This document shows, piece after piece, positions 1-9,428 of a stretch of DNA of 64,000 bases. Position 1 is the stretch's first letter, and every line of letters begins with the position of its first letter. Both the position numbers and the translations under genes were made by a program. The notes below the pieces were generated by a model that saw only the letters and a list, made by a program, of their open reading frames with translations, searched no databases and had not been told where the DNA came from. The DNA comes from an uncultured Chromatiales bacterium (lineage in GTDB: Bacteria > Pseudomonadota > Gammaproteobacteria > SZUA-140), in assembly GCA_964581365.1 (NCBI GenBank), contig CAZOOF010000004.1, positions 442 to 64,441 of the forward strand. Reading direction: 5' to 3'.

Positions 1-1795
1 CTCCGTCCAGCCGGTAGAAAACGCCGGCGCATCCCGAACCCGGCCCATCATCGCACCCCAGCGATACGGTGAGTGGTGCCACATAGTTGCCGCTCGGAAC
101 GCTGACCGAGATCAGAGGAGCCGCGAGATCGATGAAATAGCTGCGGCTCAGCGGCGTCTCGGCATTACCGGCGCCGTCGATCGCCAGCGCCCGCAGTGTC
201 ACGACTCCGGTGAGATGCCGGATCGGGTCGAGTTCGCTTTCCGGAATCGAGGGATCAGGAAACAGACTGGCGAGAGATAGGGGCGCGACATACTCGGGCG
301 AGTTCGCATCGGGTTCGGTCCCGTCCAGCGTATAGTAGATGGTGCAGCCGAATTCCGGCTGATCATCCACACACTTCAGCTGGACCCGCGGATCGGCTTC
401 CGCGCCGTAGATCCCCTCGGGAAGTGACACCTGGACCGCGGGCGCAAGATTGTCCACCGCATACATAGCGGTACGAATCCGCTCCCGATTGCCTGCTGTA
501 TCTTCGGAGAAAAAGCGCAGGCTGGTATTGGCGACCGGCACGGTCACCGGCCCGGCGGCGCAATCGGCCGGGGCCTCAGGATCATCGCCATCGCTGCGGT
601 AACAAACCTGCAGACAGTCGGCCGCACCGGCCACGCAGGCGAGCTCGACCATTCCCGCCTCGCGGTAGGCGCCTGCTTCCCGATCGAGCCCGGTCACCGG
701 CAAGCGGATATCCAGCCGTGCCAGAGGTTGGGGCAGGTCGATGCCGTCGATACGGCTCAGCTCGCCGCCGAGATGCAGCGCCTGCCGTTCAGCATCGACG
801 ATCAGGGTCTCGACCGACGCGATCGCCGAATCGCCACCTGGATTCCAGGCCATGAGCTCCGGCACTTCGGCATCGCTGCGGAATCCGGCAATGCGCTCGC
901 GCGGCGCACCATCCACCTGGGTGAAGGTGCCGCCCGCATACAAGCGCACGCCGGCACCATCCCAGGCGAGCGCGCGCACTTCACCATCGATGCCAGGATT
1001 CCAGCCGAGCATGGCGCCGCTTGTGAGTTCGAGCGCCGCCAGATTGCTGACCGTGCCGATCTGGAAATCACCGCCTGCATACAGCACTCCCTCGCCCAGG
1101 CTGAGAGCCTGCACACGCGCCCCGCCTGCCGGCGACGGTGCCCACTCCAGCGCGGCGGCGCTCGATATGGACAGCGCTGCCAGACCATTGCGAACCGTTC
1201 CCGAGATCGAAGCGTAGTCTCCGCCCGCATAGAGCCGACCGGTGCTCTCTTCGAGCGCCAGCGCATGCACCGGCCCATCCGGATCCGGTCGCCACGGCAG
1301 GGCGTTATCGGTGTTGACCTGGGTATCGAGGCTGGCCAGGCGCGAGCGGGGCGCACCGCCGATTTCGCTGAAATCGCCACCCGCATACAGGATCCGGCCG
1401 TTCGTGGAACGGGCAAAGGCGCGCACCGCGCCATCGGACCCCGGATCCCAGGGGGTGACATTACCACTGGCTGTATTTATTGCGGCGATGTTCGAGCGCG
1501 GGACGGCCCGTACCGTGCTGAAGTCTCCACCCACGAACACCACAGCGCCATTGGCAGACAGCTCCAGCGCATACACCGGGCCATCCGTGTCAGCGATCCA
1601 GTCCGCCTGGACACTGCCATCACGCAGATCGATCGATGCCAGATTGCTGCGCCCGGCCCCCAAGGTGAAATCGCCGCCGATGATCAACCTGTCACCAGCG
1701 ACGATCGCCGCATGGATGACGGGGCCGGCGGCCGCGGCCATCCCGGTCACGAGCATCAGCGCCAGGAATGCGCCAAGCATCCGGATCCGTGCCAT
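1..1795 (-). CDS. Secreted repeat protein, paralog of the next gene (C-terminus beyond the window). It has an N-terminal signal peptide, ~57-aa beta-propeller-type repeats with an L-Y-A-G-G-D-F motif, and CHB_HEX_C-like modules (YYTLDGTEP, LRFFSEDTAGN).
   Basis: Manual translation of the minus strand in the third frame, which the ORF track does not list because no stop falls in the window. The ATG at 1795..1793 gives MARIRMLGAFLALMLVTGMAAAAGP..., followed by repeats (LIIGGDF, VFVGGDFSTV, LYAGGDFSEIGG, LYAGGDYASISG, LYAGGDFQIGT). The start overlaps the upstream gene's stop as TGATG. Confidence 0.6.
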   Translation of the reverse strand, partial: MARIRMLGAFLALMLVTGMAAAAGPVIHAAIVAGDRLIIGGDFTLGAGRSNLASIDLRDGSVQADWIADTDGPVYALELSANGAVVFVGGDFSTVRAVPRSNIAAINTASGNVTPWDPGSDGAVRAFARSTNGRILYAGGDFSEIGGAPRSRLASLDTQVNTDNALPWRPDPDGPVHALALEESTGRLYAGGDYASISGTVRNGLAALSISSAAALEWAPSPAGGARVQALSLGEGVLYAGGDFQIGTVSNLAALELTSGAMLGWNPGIDGEVRALAWDGAGVRLYAGGTFTQVDGAPRERIAGFRSDAEVPELMAWNPGGDSAIASVETLIVDAERQALHLGGELSRIDGIDLPQPLARLDIRLPVTGLDREAGAYREAGMVELACVAGAADCLQVCYRSDGDDPEAPADCAAGPVTVPVANTSLRFFSEDTAGNRERIRTAMYAVDNLAPAVQVSLPEGIYGAEADPRVQLKCVDDQPEFGCTIYYTLDGTEPDANSPEYVAPLSLASLFPDPSIPESELDPIRHLTGVVTLRALAIDGAGNAETPLSRSYFIDLAAPLISVSVPSGNYVAPLTVSLGCDDGPGSGCAGVFYRLDG

Positions 1796-3720
1796 CACCG
1801 CGCCTCCCCGGAACTCAGACGCCGCCAGCCAAGCAATGCCAGGACGGACACGATCAGCAGTTCGCCGAATCCCAGCGCTCCGGCCTCGCCACGGATGCGC
1901 ACGTACTCGGCGCGTCGCACACCCTCAGGGTTGCCGGCGCCATCGACCGAGAAGAACTGCAGCACGGTAGTGCGATCGATTCGAATTGGCCCGGTATAGA
2001 GCGGGGATGATGCCGTTGGCAAGGTTCCGTCGGTGGTATAGCGGGTTTCGACGCAGCCGGGACGCTGGTCCGCGCAGCTCAGCCGCACCTGCAGTGAACC
2101 ATCGAATACGCCCGATGGCGGATCGGCAACGGTAGTCGGCGGATCGATCTCAACGATATAGCGCTCGACGCCCGCATTCTCGACGTTTCCCACCAGGTCG
2201 ACGGAAAAAAACCTCAGCTCCACATCCGCCGAGAGATTGATCGGCCCGGTATAGCGGTTCGAATCGGTGTTCGGTTCACTCCCGTCCAGGGTGTAGTACG
2301 TGGCCGCACAACCCGAACCGGCGCCATCGTCACACACCAGACGGACGAGCCCTTCGTCGCGTGAACTGATGAAGCCGCCCGGCGGCTCGGCGCGCGTCAG
2401 TGGCGGATCGTCCTCCGGCGGCAATGCCTCCAGTGCCACGAGACCTCCGCGCGGGACACCATCGATCACCGCAAACGCACCGCCTGCATAGAGGATGTCG
2501 CGGTCATCCTCCACACCTTCATCCCCCGGACCCTGATCATCTTCTTCATCTTCGCCATCGTCCGGCTCCTCCGCCGGTGCGGCAGGCGCATCCCAGGCAC
2601 CCAGCAGAACGTACGCGGCGGCGTCGGCAGCCACGACCCAGGCGACCAGCGGCGTGCCCTCGATGGTGTCCACCGCCGCCAGGCGGGAGCGCCCGGTGCC
2701 GGCGACGGTATCGAAGTCGCCGCCGAGATAGATCGCCCCGCGATCGAAGCCGACCGCGAGCGCATGGACAGGACCATCGATCCGCGGATTCCAGACCAGT
2801 GGTGCGCCGGAATCCAGGTCGAAGGCAGCAGCGCCGATCTGGGGCACGCCGCCGATCGAGGAGAAATCCCCCCCGGCGTAGATCACGCCGCGTTCAGCGA
2901 TCGAACGCAGGGCCAGCACCGCACCGTCATCGATCGGAGGCGCCCAATCGGAAAAACGGAAGGTGCTCAGTTCGATGGCAGCGAGCCGTTCGCCGACTGA
3001 GGCTTCCTCGTCTTCGCTGTCGCCGTCCTCCACCACTGGAACGAAGCGGCCACCGACATACAGCCGGTTGTTGACGACGGTCAGCGCATTGATCAGTGCT
3101 CCTGGCTCGAACAAGGGCCGCTGCCCCAGTCCGCTCAGATTGCCGGTACCCAGCAGTCCCAGCTCCGCGATGGCGCGCCGCTCGGCGCCGCCGATCCGCG
3201 AAAAACCGCCACCAATATAGAGCGAAGTGCCGACGGGGGAAGGTGTTATCGCCCGTACCGGTCCGTCGGCACCGGGATTCCAGGTGTCGGGCAGACCGAG
3301 CGTGGTGTCCACGGCGGCGAGACGTTCGCGAAACTGCCCTCCCACTGCGGCGAAATCACCGCCCAGATAGAGAGCGCTGCCAGCGGGGTTCAGCCACATT
3401 GCATATACGGGACCGTCAGGAGCGGGATCCCAGGCTGTCACTTCACCCGTGCTCAGATCGAATGCGGCCAGATTGCGACGGGTCACCACCGTATCGATGA
3501 GCGGATCCGCGGGGCTCACCTGGGTAAAATCTCCCCCGACATAGAGAATCCTGGCCGCCCGGTCCAGGGCAAGCGCATGCACCGGACCATCGGTGGCCCA
3601 AAGCCCGGCTCGTATTTCCACCGCATCCGCCGTAGCCGACAGGATCGCAGCCCAGGAAACCAGCAGGGCGCCACAGCGCGGCAGGAAGCCAGCCGAATGG
3701 GTGATTCTCGGAAAATTCAC
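1795..3720 (-). CDS. Secreted multi-repeat protein. It has a signal peptide, about 8 delta-60-like beta-propeller repeats (LYxGGDFxxVgGxxRxrLAAxDxxTGxxxxWnPxxDGPVxAL), an acidic D/E-rich linker, and two chitobiase/beta-hexosaminidase C-terminal-like (CHB_HEX_C) modules. The C-terminus is a Gly-rich, hydrophobic, RR tail (GALGFGELLIVSVLALLGWRRL).
   Basis: The tracked ORF is 1795..4119, but its first ~133 codons overlap purD and its divergent promoter. The probable start is the GTG at ~3720, which gives MNFPRITHSAGFLPRCGALLVSWAAILSATADA (signal peptide). Repeats and the YTLDGSEP/FFSVD motifs are visible in the translation. Confidence 0.6.
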   Translation of the reverse strand: MNFPRITHSAGFLPRCGALLVSWAAILSATADAVEIRAGLWATDGPVHALALDRAARILYVGGDFTQVSPADPLIDTVVTRRNLAAFDLSTGEVTAWDPAPDGPVYAMWLNPAGSALYLGGDFAAVGGQFRERLAAVDTTLGLPDTWNPGADGPVRAITPSPVGTSLYIGGGFSRIGGAERRAIAELGLLGTGNLSGLGQRPLFEPGALINALTVVNNRLYVGGRFVPVVEDGDSEDEEASVGERLAAIELSTFRFSDWAPPIDDGAVLALRSIAERGVIYAGGDFSSIGGVPQIGAAAFDLDSGAPLVWNPRIDGPVHALAVGFDRGAIYLGGDFDTVAGTGRSRLAAVDTIEGTPLVAWVVAADAAAYVLLGAWDAPAAPAEEPDDGEDEEDDQGPGDEGVEDDRDILYAGGAFAVIDGVPRGGLVALEALPPEDDPPLTRAEPPGGFISSRDEGLVRLVCDDGAGSGCAATYYTLDGSEPNTDSNRYTGPINLSADVELRFFSVDLVGNVENAGVERYIVEIDPPTTVADPPSGVFDGSLQVRLSCADQRPGCVETRYTTDGTLPTASSPLYTGPIRIDRTTVLQFFSVDGAGNPEGVRRAEYVRIRGEAGALGFGELLIVSVLALLGWRRLSSGEAR

Positions 3721-3913
3721 GGAGAAAACAGTGTGGCAGCGAGATGGTTCATCATAACCCTCTGACCGGCCACCGGCCAAGGAATTCCCCTGCTCCCGTG
3801 CTCCGCGCCTTCGTCTCCTGCTGTGGCGACGACGCTCCAGCCCAACGATTCCCCCGCAGGCGCTACGATGCGGTATCCTTTCTGCCTCATTCACGAGCCA
3901 TACCGGATCGCCC

Positions 3914-5200
3914 ATGAACGTACTGATCATCGGCAGTGGGGGCCGCGAGCACGCGCTGGCCTGGAAAGCGGCGCAGTCTCCGCTCGCCGACCGCATATTC
4001 GTCGCCCCCGGCAATGCCGGCACCGCCCGCGAACTGCGCATCGAAAACGTGCCGATCGATGTACTGGACATCGATGGCCTGCTCCGGTTCGCGCGAGAGA
4101 ATGACATCGGCCTGACCATCGTCGGACCGGAAGCTCCGCTGGTCGCCGGTATCGTCGATGCCTTCCGCGCCGAAGGCCTGCGTTGTTTCGGACCGGAGCG
4201 CGCCGCCGCCCAGCTCGAAGGCTCGAAGGCTTACGCCAAGGATTTCCTCGCCCGCCATGGCATTCCCACGGCGGCCTATGCGGTATTCAGCGAGGCGGCG
4301 CTGGCGCGTGACTGGATTCGCGCTCACGGCGCGCCACTGGTGGTCAAAGCCGATGGACTTGCCGCTGGCAAGGGCGTCATCATTGCCCGCACCGTGGATG
4401 AGGCGATCGCCGCCGTCGATGACATGCTCGAAGCCAATGCCTTCGGCGATGCCGGCCATCGCGTGGTGATCGAGGAATTCCTCGAGGGCGAGGAAGCGAG
4501 CTTCATCGTCATGAGTGACGGCAACACCGTGCTGCCGATGGCCAGTTCCCAGGACCACAAAGCACGCGACGATGGCGATACCGGACCCAACACTGGCGGC
4601 ATGGGGGCCTATTCACCCGCGCCGGTGATCACCGCCGAAATGCACGAACGGGTCATGCGCGAAGTGATCGAACCCACCATCCGCGGCATGGCGGCAGATG
4701 GCGTACGTTATACCGGCTTTCTGTACGCCGGCCTGATGATCGGCGCGGACGGATGCCCACGTGTGCTGGAATTCAATTGCCGCTTCGGTGACCCCGAAAC
4801 GCAGCCGATCATGCTGCGCCTGCGTTCCGACCTGGTCGCGCTCTGCCTAGCGGCAACCGAAGAGCGTCTCGCGAGCATGACGGCGGACTGGGATCCGCGC
4901 TGCGCCTTGGGTGTCGTACTGGCGGCCGAAGGATACCCGGGCAGCTACCGCAAGGGCGATCGCATCGAAGGGCTGGAAGCCGCCGCCGCTACCGGCGCGC
5001 AGATATTCCACGCCGGAACCGCACTGGATGACGAGGGCCAGGTGTTGACTGCTGGCGGGCGCGTACTCTGTGTCTGCGCCCTGGGTGACACCGTGCTGGC
5101 AGCCCAGCAAGCGGCCTATGAGGGCGTCGATCGCATCCGCTGGCCGGGGATGTTCTGCCGCCGTGACATCGGTCATCGCGCCATCGCTCGCGAAAACTGA
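3914..5200 (+). CDS. purD: Phosphoribosylamine--glycine ligase
   Basis: 428 aa, MNVLIIGSGGREHALAWK... ATP-grasp; full-length match to the PurD family. Confidence 0.95.
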   Translation: MNVLIIGSGGREHALAWKAAQSPLADRIFVAPGNAGTARELRIENVPIDVLDIDGLLRFARENDIGLTIVGPEAPLVAGIVDAFRAEGLRCFGPERAAAQLEGSKAYAKDFLARHGIPTAAYAVFSEAALARDWIRAHGAPLVVKADGLAAGKGVIIARTVDEAIAAVDDMLEANAFGDAGHRVVIEEFLEGEEASFIVMSDGNTVLPMASSQDHKARDDGDTGPNTGGMGAYSPAPVITAEMHERVMREVIEPTIRGMAADGVRYTGFLYAGLMIGADGCPRVLEFNCRFGDPETQPIMLRLRSDLVALCLAATEERLASMTADWDPRCALGVVLAAEGYPGSYRKGDRIEGLEAAAATGAQIFHAGTALDDEGQVLTAGGRVLCVCALGDTVLAAQQAAYEGVDRIRWPGMFCRRDIGHRAIAREN

Positions 5201-5205
5201 TCCGG

Positions 5206-5778
5206 ATGGCGCCCGCGCCTTCCTGGCACCTGCGGCTGGCACGACATCATATCGAGGCCGGCGGCATCGTGGCGTACCCCACGGAGTCGGTATGGGGATT
5301 GGGCTGCGACCCCCACGCGCGCGATGCGGTGGAGCGGCTGCTCGAACTCAAGCAGCGCCCGGTCACGCTGGGCCTGATCCTGATCGGCGCCTCATACGAG
5401 CAGATTGCACCGTACATAGACACCGGCATGATCGACCGGGCAGCCCTCGACCGGGCGCGACGCAGCTGGCCAGGCCCGACCACCTGGCTGTTACCCGCCG
5501 CAGATACAGTGCCGCCCTGGATCCGCGGCAGACATGCCTCGGTCGCGCTTCGCGTCACCGCCCACCCCGTAGCCGCCGCATTGTGCGCCACGGTGGGACG
5601 AGCCATTGTATCCACCAGCGCCAACATCCATGGACGACGCCCACCCCGTACCGCACTCCGCCTGCGGGCGGGCCTGGGTCGGCAGGTGGATTACATTCTG
5701 CCCGGGGCGACGGGAGGAGCTCCCAGGCCGACCCGGATACGCGATGCACTCAGCGGCCGTACCCTGCGTCCGGGCTGA
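5206..5778 (+). CDS. tsaC: L-threonylcarbamoyladenylate synthase (YrdC/TsaC family)
   Basis: 190 aa, IVAYPTESVWGLGCDP motif; the start lies 6 nt after the purD stop. Confidence 0.85.
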   Translation: MAPAPSWHLRLARHHIEAGGIVAYPTESVWGLGCDPHARDAVERLLELKQRPVTLGLILIGASYEQIAPYIDTGMIDRAALDRARRSWPGPTTWLLPAADTVPPWIRGRHASVALRVTAHPVAAALCATVGRAIVSTSANIHGRRPPRTALRLRAGLGRQVDYILPGATGGAPRPTRIRDALSGRTLRPG

Positions 5779-5781
5779 TGA

Positions 5782-6759
<978 letters not shown>

Positions 6760-6771
6760 TGGATCAGATCC

Positions 6772-6794
6772 GGTGCGCGGCCTGACCGCGCACC
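6772..6794 (+). terminator. GC hairpin GGTGCGCG-gcctgac-CGCGCACC 13 nt after the hemF stop (no U-tract)
   Basis: Perfect 8-bp stem; the convergent small ORF has its own hairpin (CTGACGACGTCAG, 6843..6855). Confidence 0.35.
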
Positions 6795-6854
6795 GGCCCG
6801 GGCTTCAGCATACTGCCGTGTCCCGCCACACGCAGCCCTAGACTGCTGACGACG

Positions 6855-7055
6855 TCAGTCGCCTGTTTCCTGCTCGTCACCAGCCATGGCGATGGCTGTC
6901 AGCTCACGCTGCAGGGTGGCCCTGATATGCTCCACTGTGCCTTCGTAGATGTATTCGCTCTGCGCGAGCAGCTCATCGTAGCGCTGGCTCTGCACGATGT
7001 TGCCGACGACGCTGAGCGCCAGCAATCCCAGAAGTACGTAGTTGGTATTGTTCAT
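6855..7055 (-). CDS. Small hypothetical membrane protein (66 aa, N-terminal TM helix)
   Basis: Good GC3 codon bias in a GC-rich genome; hydrophobic N-terminus LLGLLALSVVGNIV; hairpins on both sides. Confidence 0.45.
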   Translation of the reverse strand: MNNTNYVLLGLLALSVVGNIVQSQRYDELLAQSEYIYEGTVEHIRATLQRELTAIAMAGDEQETGD

Positions 7056-7129
7056 TGATCAGCCCGTTTCCGCGCGGGACGTCCCGCGATTCTTCCAAAG
7101 CCGCTCGTTCGCAGCTCGCGCCGGCATAT

Positions 7130-7957
7130 TCATTCACTGTAGGTGCAATAGGCGGGACAGGGCGCGGAATGCCACTGCACGGGGTGCGCGTCCAGCCGCA
7201 GGGCACTCAACTTCCCGCCCCATACGCAACCTGAATCGGTCGCATATATCCCGGGCGCCTCATAACAGCCCAGTACCGCCCAGTGCCCGAACACTACCGT
7301 GGCATTGGCGCTGGCGCGCCCGGGCACCTCAAACCAGGGAATCAATCCGTCCTCTCTTCCGCGCACCGGCCCACGCGCGCCGATCCGCAGCCGACCGTCA
7401 GGGTCACACATACGCAGGCGGGTAAAACAGTTGATGATGAAGCGCCAGCGCTCCATACCCTGCAGGCGCTCGGACCACAGCTCGGGATAATCGCCATACA
7501 TGCCGGCGAGCAGCTCCGCAGCGCGCTCCGAACGCAGCTCGTTCTCGACTTCGCGCGCACAGCGCTCCGCAGCGGCGATATCCCACTGTGGCGCCAGACC
7601 CGCATGGATCAGCACCGTACCGGCATCGCGGTACATGAGCGGGCGCGTGCGCAACCAATCGATCAGCTCATCGCGATCGGGAGCGGTCAGAATCTCATCG
7701 AGCGTGTCGCTTGCGCCAGGCCGGCGCGAACCAGCGGCAACCGCGAGCAGATGCAGCTCGTGATTACCGAGCACAGCGACCGCCGACTCTCCCAGTCCTT
7801 TCACGAAACGCAATACTTCCAGCGAACGCGGACCACGATTGATCAGATCACCGGCGAACCACAGCCGGTCCGCACTGGCATCAAATTCGATGAGATCGAG
7901 CAGGGACTGCAACTCTTCGTAGCAGCCCTGGACATCCCCTATGACGTACAGCGCCAT
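7130..7957 (-). CDS. apaH: Bis(5'-nucleosyl)-tetraphosphatase, symmetrical
   Basis: Calcineurin-like phosphoesterase motifs (GDVQGCY, GDLINRGP, GNHE). The start was moved to the internal ATG (MALYVIGDV), which is preceded by AGGAGA; the tracked ORF 7130..8017 has an unsupported 20-aa leader. Confidence 0.9.
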   Translation of the reverse strand: MALYVIGDVQGCYEELQSLLDLIEFDASADRLWFAGDLINRGPRSLEVLRFVKGLGESAVAVLGNHELHLLAVAAGSRRPGASDTLDEILTAPDRDELIDWLRTRPLMYRDAGTVLIHAGLAPQWDIAAAERCAREVENELRSERAAELLAGMYGDYPELWSERLQGMERWRFIINCFTRLRMCDPDGRLRIGARGPVRGREDGLIPWFEVPGRASANATVVFGHWAVLGCYEAPGIYATDSGCVWGGKLSALRLDAHPVQWHSAPCPAYCTYSE

Positions 7958-8003
7958 CGTCTCTCCTGTGGAGGCATGGTTTCGTCTCGTGCGCGAACGC
8001 CGC

Positions 8004-8459
8004 TCATCCGGCGGCAAGGGGCGGGATACGCAGCAGCAAGGTCACGGGTCCATCGTTGACCAGACTGACCTGCATATCAGCTCCAAAGCGCCCTTGCGCG
8101 ACGCGCAGAGGCTGGCGGGAGGCGTAACTCACGCAGTGATCGAACAGTCGCCGTCCATCCTCGGGCGAAGCCGCCGGCGCGAAACTCGGCCTGGTGCCCT
8201 TGCCCGTGTCGGCGGCGAGCGTGAACTGCGACACCAGCAACAGATCGCCGCCAGTGTCGAGAAGGCTGCGATTCATGCGCCCTTCGGCATCCTCGAACAC
8301 CCGGTAGCCGAGCAGCCGATCGATCAGACGCTCGGCCTGTGCCTCACCGTCGCCACGCTCGACGGCAATGAAGACCAGAAGCCCGGCGCCGATGCTCGCG
8401 ATGCATTCCCCCTCGACACTTACCGCGGCCGATGCAACCCGCTGCAGCAGCCCGATCAT
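8004..8459 (-). CDS. dtd: D-aminoacyl-tRNA deacylase
   Basis: 151 aa; matches the Dtd family (SQFTL, NDGPVT). Confidence 0.9.
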   Translation of the reverse strand: MIGLLQRVASAAVSVEGECIASIGAGLLVFIAVERGDGEAQAERLIDRLLGYRVFEDAEGRMNRSLLDTGGDLLLVSQFTLAADTGKGTRPSFAPAASPEDGRRLFDHCVSYASRQPLRVAQGRFGADMQVSLVNDGPVTLLLRIPPLAAG

Positions 8460-9406
8460 GCAATGCGTTCCGGCATTGCGGCGAGCGCCCGCAACAGCGC
8501 ATCGGTGATACCCGGCTCGGCAGCCGAATGACCGGCATCGGGAATTATGCGCAACTCCGCGCCGGGCCAGACTTCATGAAGCTCCCAGGCATTCTCCACC
8601 GGACACACTACGTCGTAGCGCCCATGAACGATGACTCCCGGGATGGACGCGATGCGATGCGCATCACGCAGCAACTGGTCTGGCTCCAGAAAAGAATCAT
8701 TGACGAAGTAGTGACACTCGATGCGGGCGAGAGCCAGCGCAGTGTAGGGATCCGAAAAATGGTCGACGATTTCCTTGCGCGGCAGCAGTGTGGACGTCCT
8801 CGCCTCCCAGCGCGACCATGCCTTGGCTGCGGCCATGCGGGCGACTTCGTCATCGCCGAACAGCCGCTGGTGATAGGCCTGCAGCAGGTTGCCGCGCTCG
8901 GCTTCGGGGATGGGACGCAGGAACTCGACCCAATAGTCCGGAAACAGGCGGCTCACCCCTTCCTGGTAGAACCAGCGGATCTCGTGCGGCCGGCACAGGA
9001 AGATGCCGCGCAGAACCAGGCCGAGCACGCGCTCGGGGTGAGTTTCGGCATAGGCGAGCGCGAGGGTCGAACCCCAGGAACCGCCGAACAGCAGCCAGCG
9101 ATCTATTCCAAGATGCTCGCGAATCCGCTCCATGTCGGCGACCAGCGCCCGGGTATCATTGCCGGCCACTTCAGCGTGCGGGGTCGAGCGGCCGCAGCCT
9201 CGCTGATCGAACAGTATGGCGCGGTAGATTTCCGGATCGAAGAAACGCCGGTGGTATGCCTCGCAACCGCCGCCCGGACCGCCATGAATGAATATCACCG
9301 GCAATCCGCCAGGATTACCGCACTCCTCCACGTAGAGGACATGCGGCGGATCGACCGCCAGCGTATGGGTGACGAAGGGCTTGATCGCTGGGAAAAGACC
9401 CATCAT
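8456..9406 (-). CDS. pip: Proline iminopeptidase (S33 alpha/beta hydrolase)
   Basis: HGGPGGG, GGSWGSTL nucleophile elbow; start set at MMGLFPAIKP (the tracked ORF extends into the metH 3' end). Confidence 0.85.
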   Translation of the reverse strand: MMGLFPAIKPFVTHTLAVDPPHVLYVEECGNPGGLPVIFIHGGPGGGCEAYHRRFFDPEIYRAILFDQRGCGRSTPHAEVAGNDTRALVADMERIREHLGIDRWLLFGGSWGSTLALAYAETHPERVLGLVLRGIFLCRPHEIRWFYQEGVSRLFPDYWVEFLRPIPEAERGNLLQAYHQRLFGDDEVARMAAAKAWSRWEARTSTLLPRKEIVDHFSDPYTALALARIECHYFVNDSFLEPDQLLRDAHRIASIPGVIVHGRYDVVCPVENAWELHEVWPGAELRIIPDAGHSAAEPGITDALLRALAAMPERIA

Positions 9407-9428
9407 CGAACAGTCCTCGACCGGTACT

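Noticed and set aside
728-1999. Long + strand ORFs (728..1999, 741..1217, 1242..1970) and minus ORFs 802..1467 and 1068..1295
   Set aside because: The translations are Arg/Pro-rich and motif-less. They are alternative frames of the real minus-strand repeat-protein gene (third minus frame), which I translated manually and which shows the LYAGGDF repeats.
2251-2275. GGTTCGAATC T-loop-like motif (possible tRNA)
   Set aside because: The flanks do not form a T-stem or acceptor stem, and it lies inside a well-supported CDS.
2400-3500. Numerous 60-230-aa ORFs on the + strand inside the repeat-protein gene (e.g. 2400..3074, 3096..3500)
   Set aside because: R/P-rich antisense frames typical of high-GC DNA, with no motifs or RBS.
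3721-4119. N-terminal 133-aa extension of the tracked 774-aa ORF
   Set aside because: It overlaps the purD start and the divergent promoter and has no signal peptide until residue ~134; the GTG at ~3720 gives a clean signal peptide.
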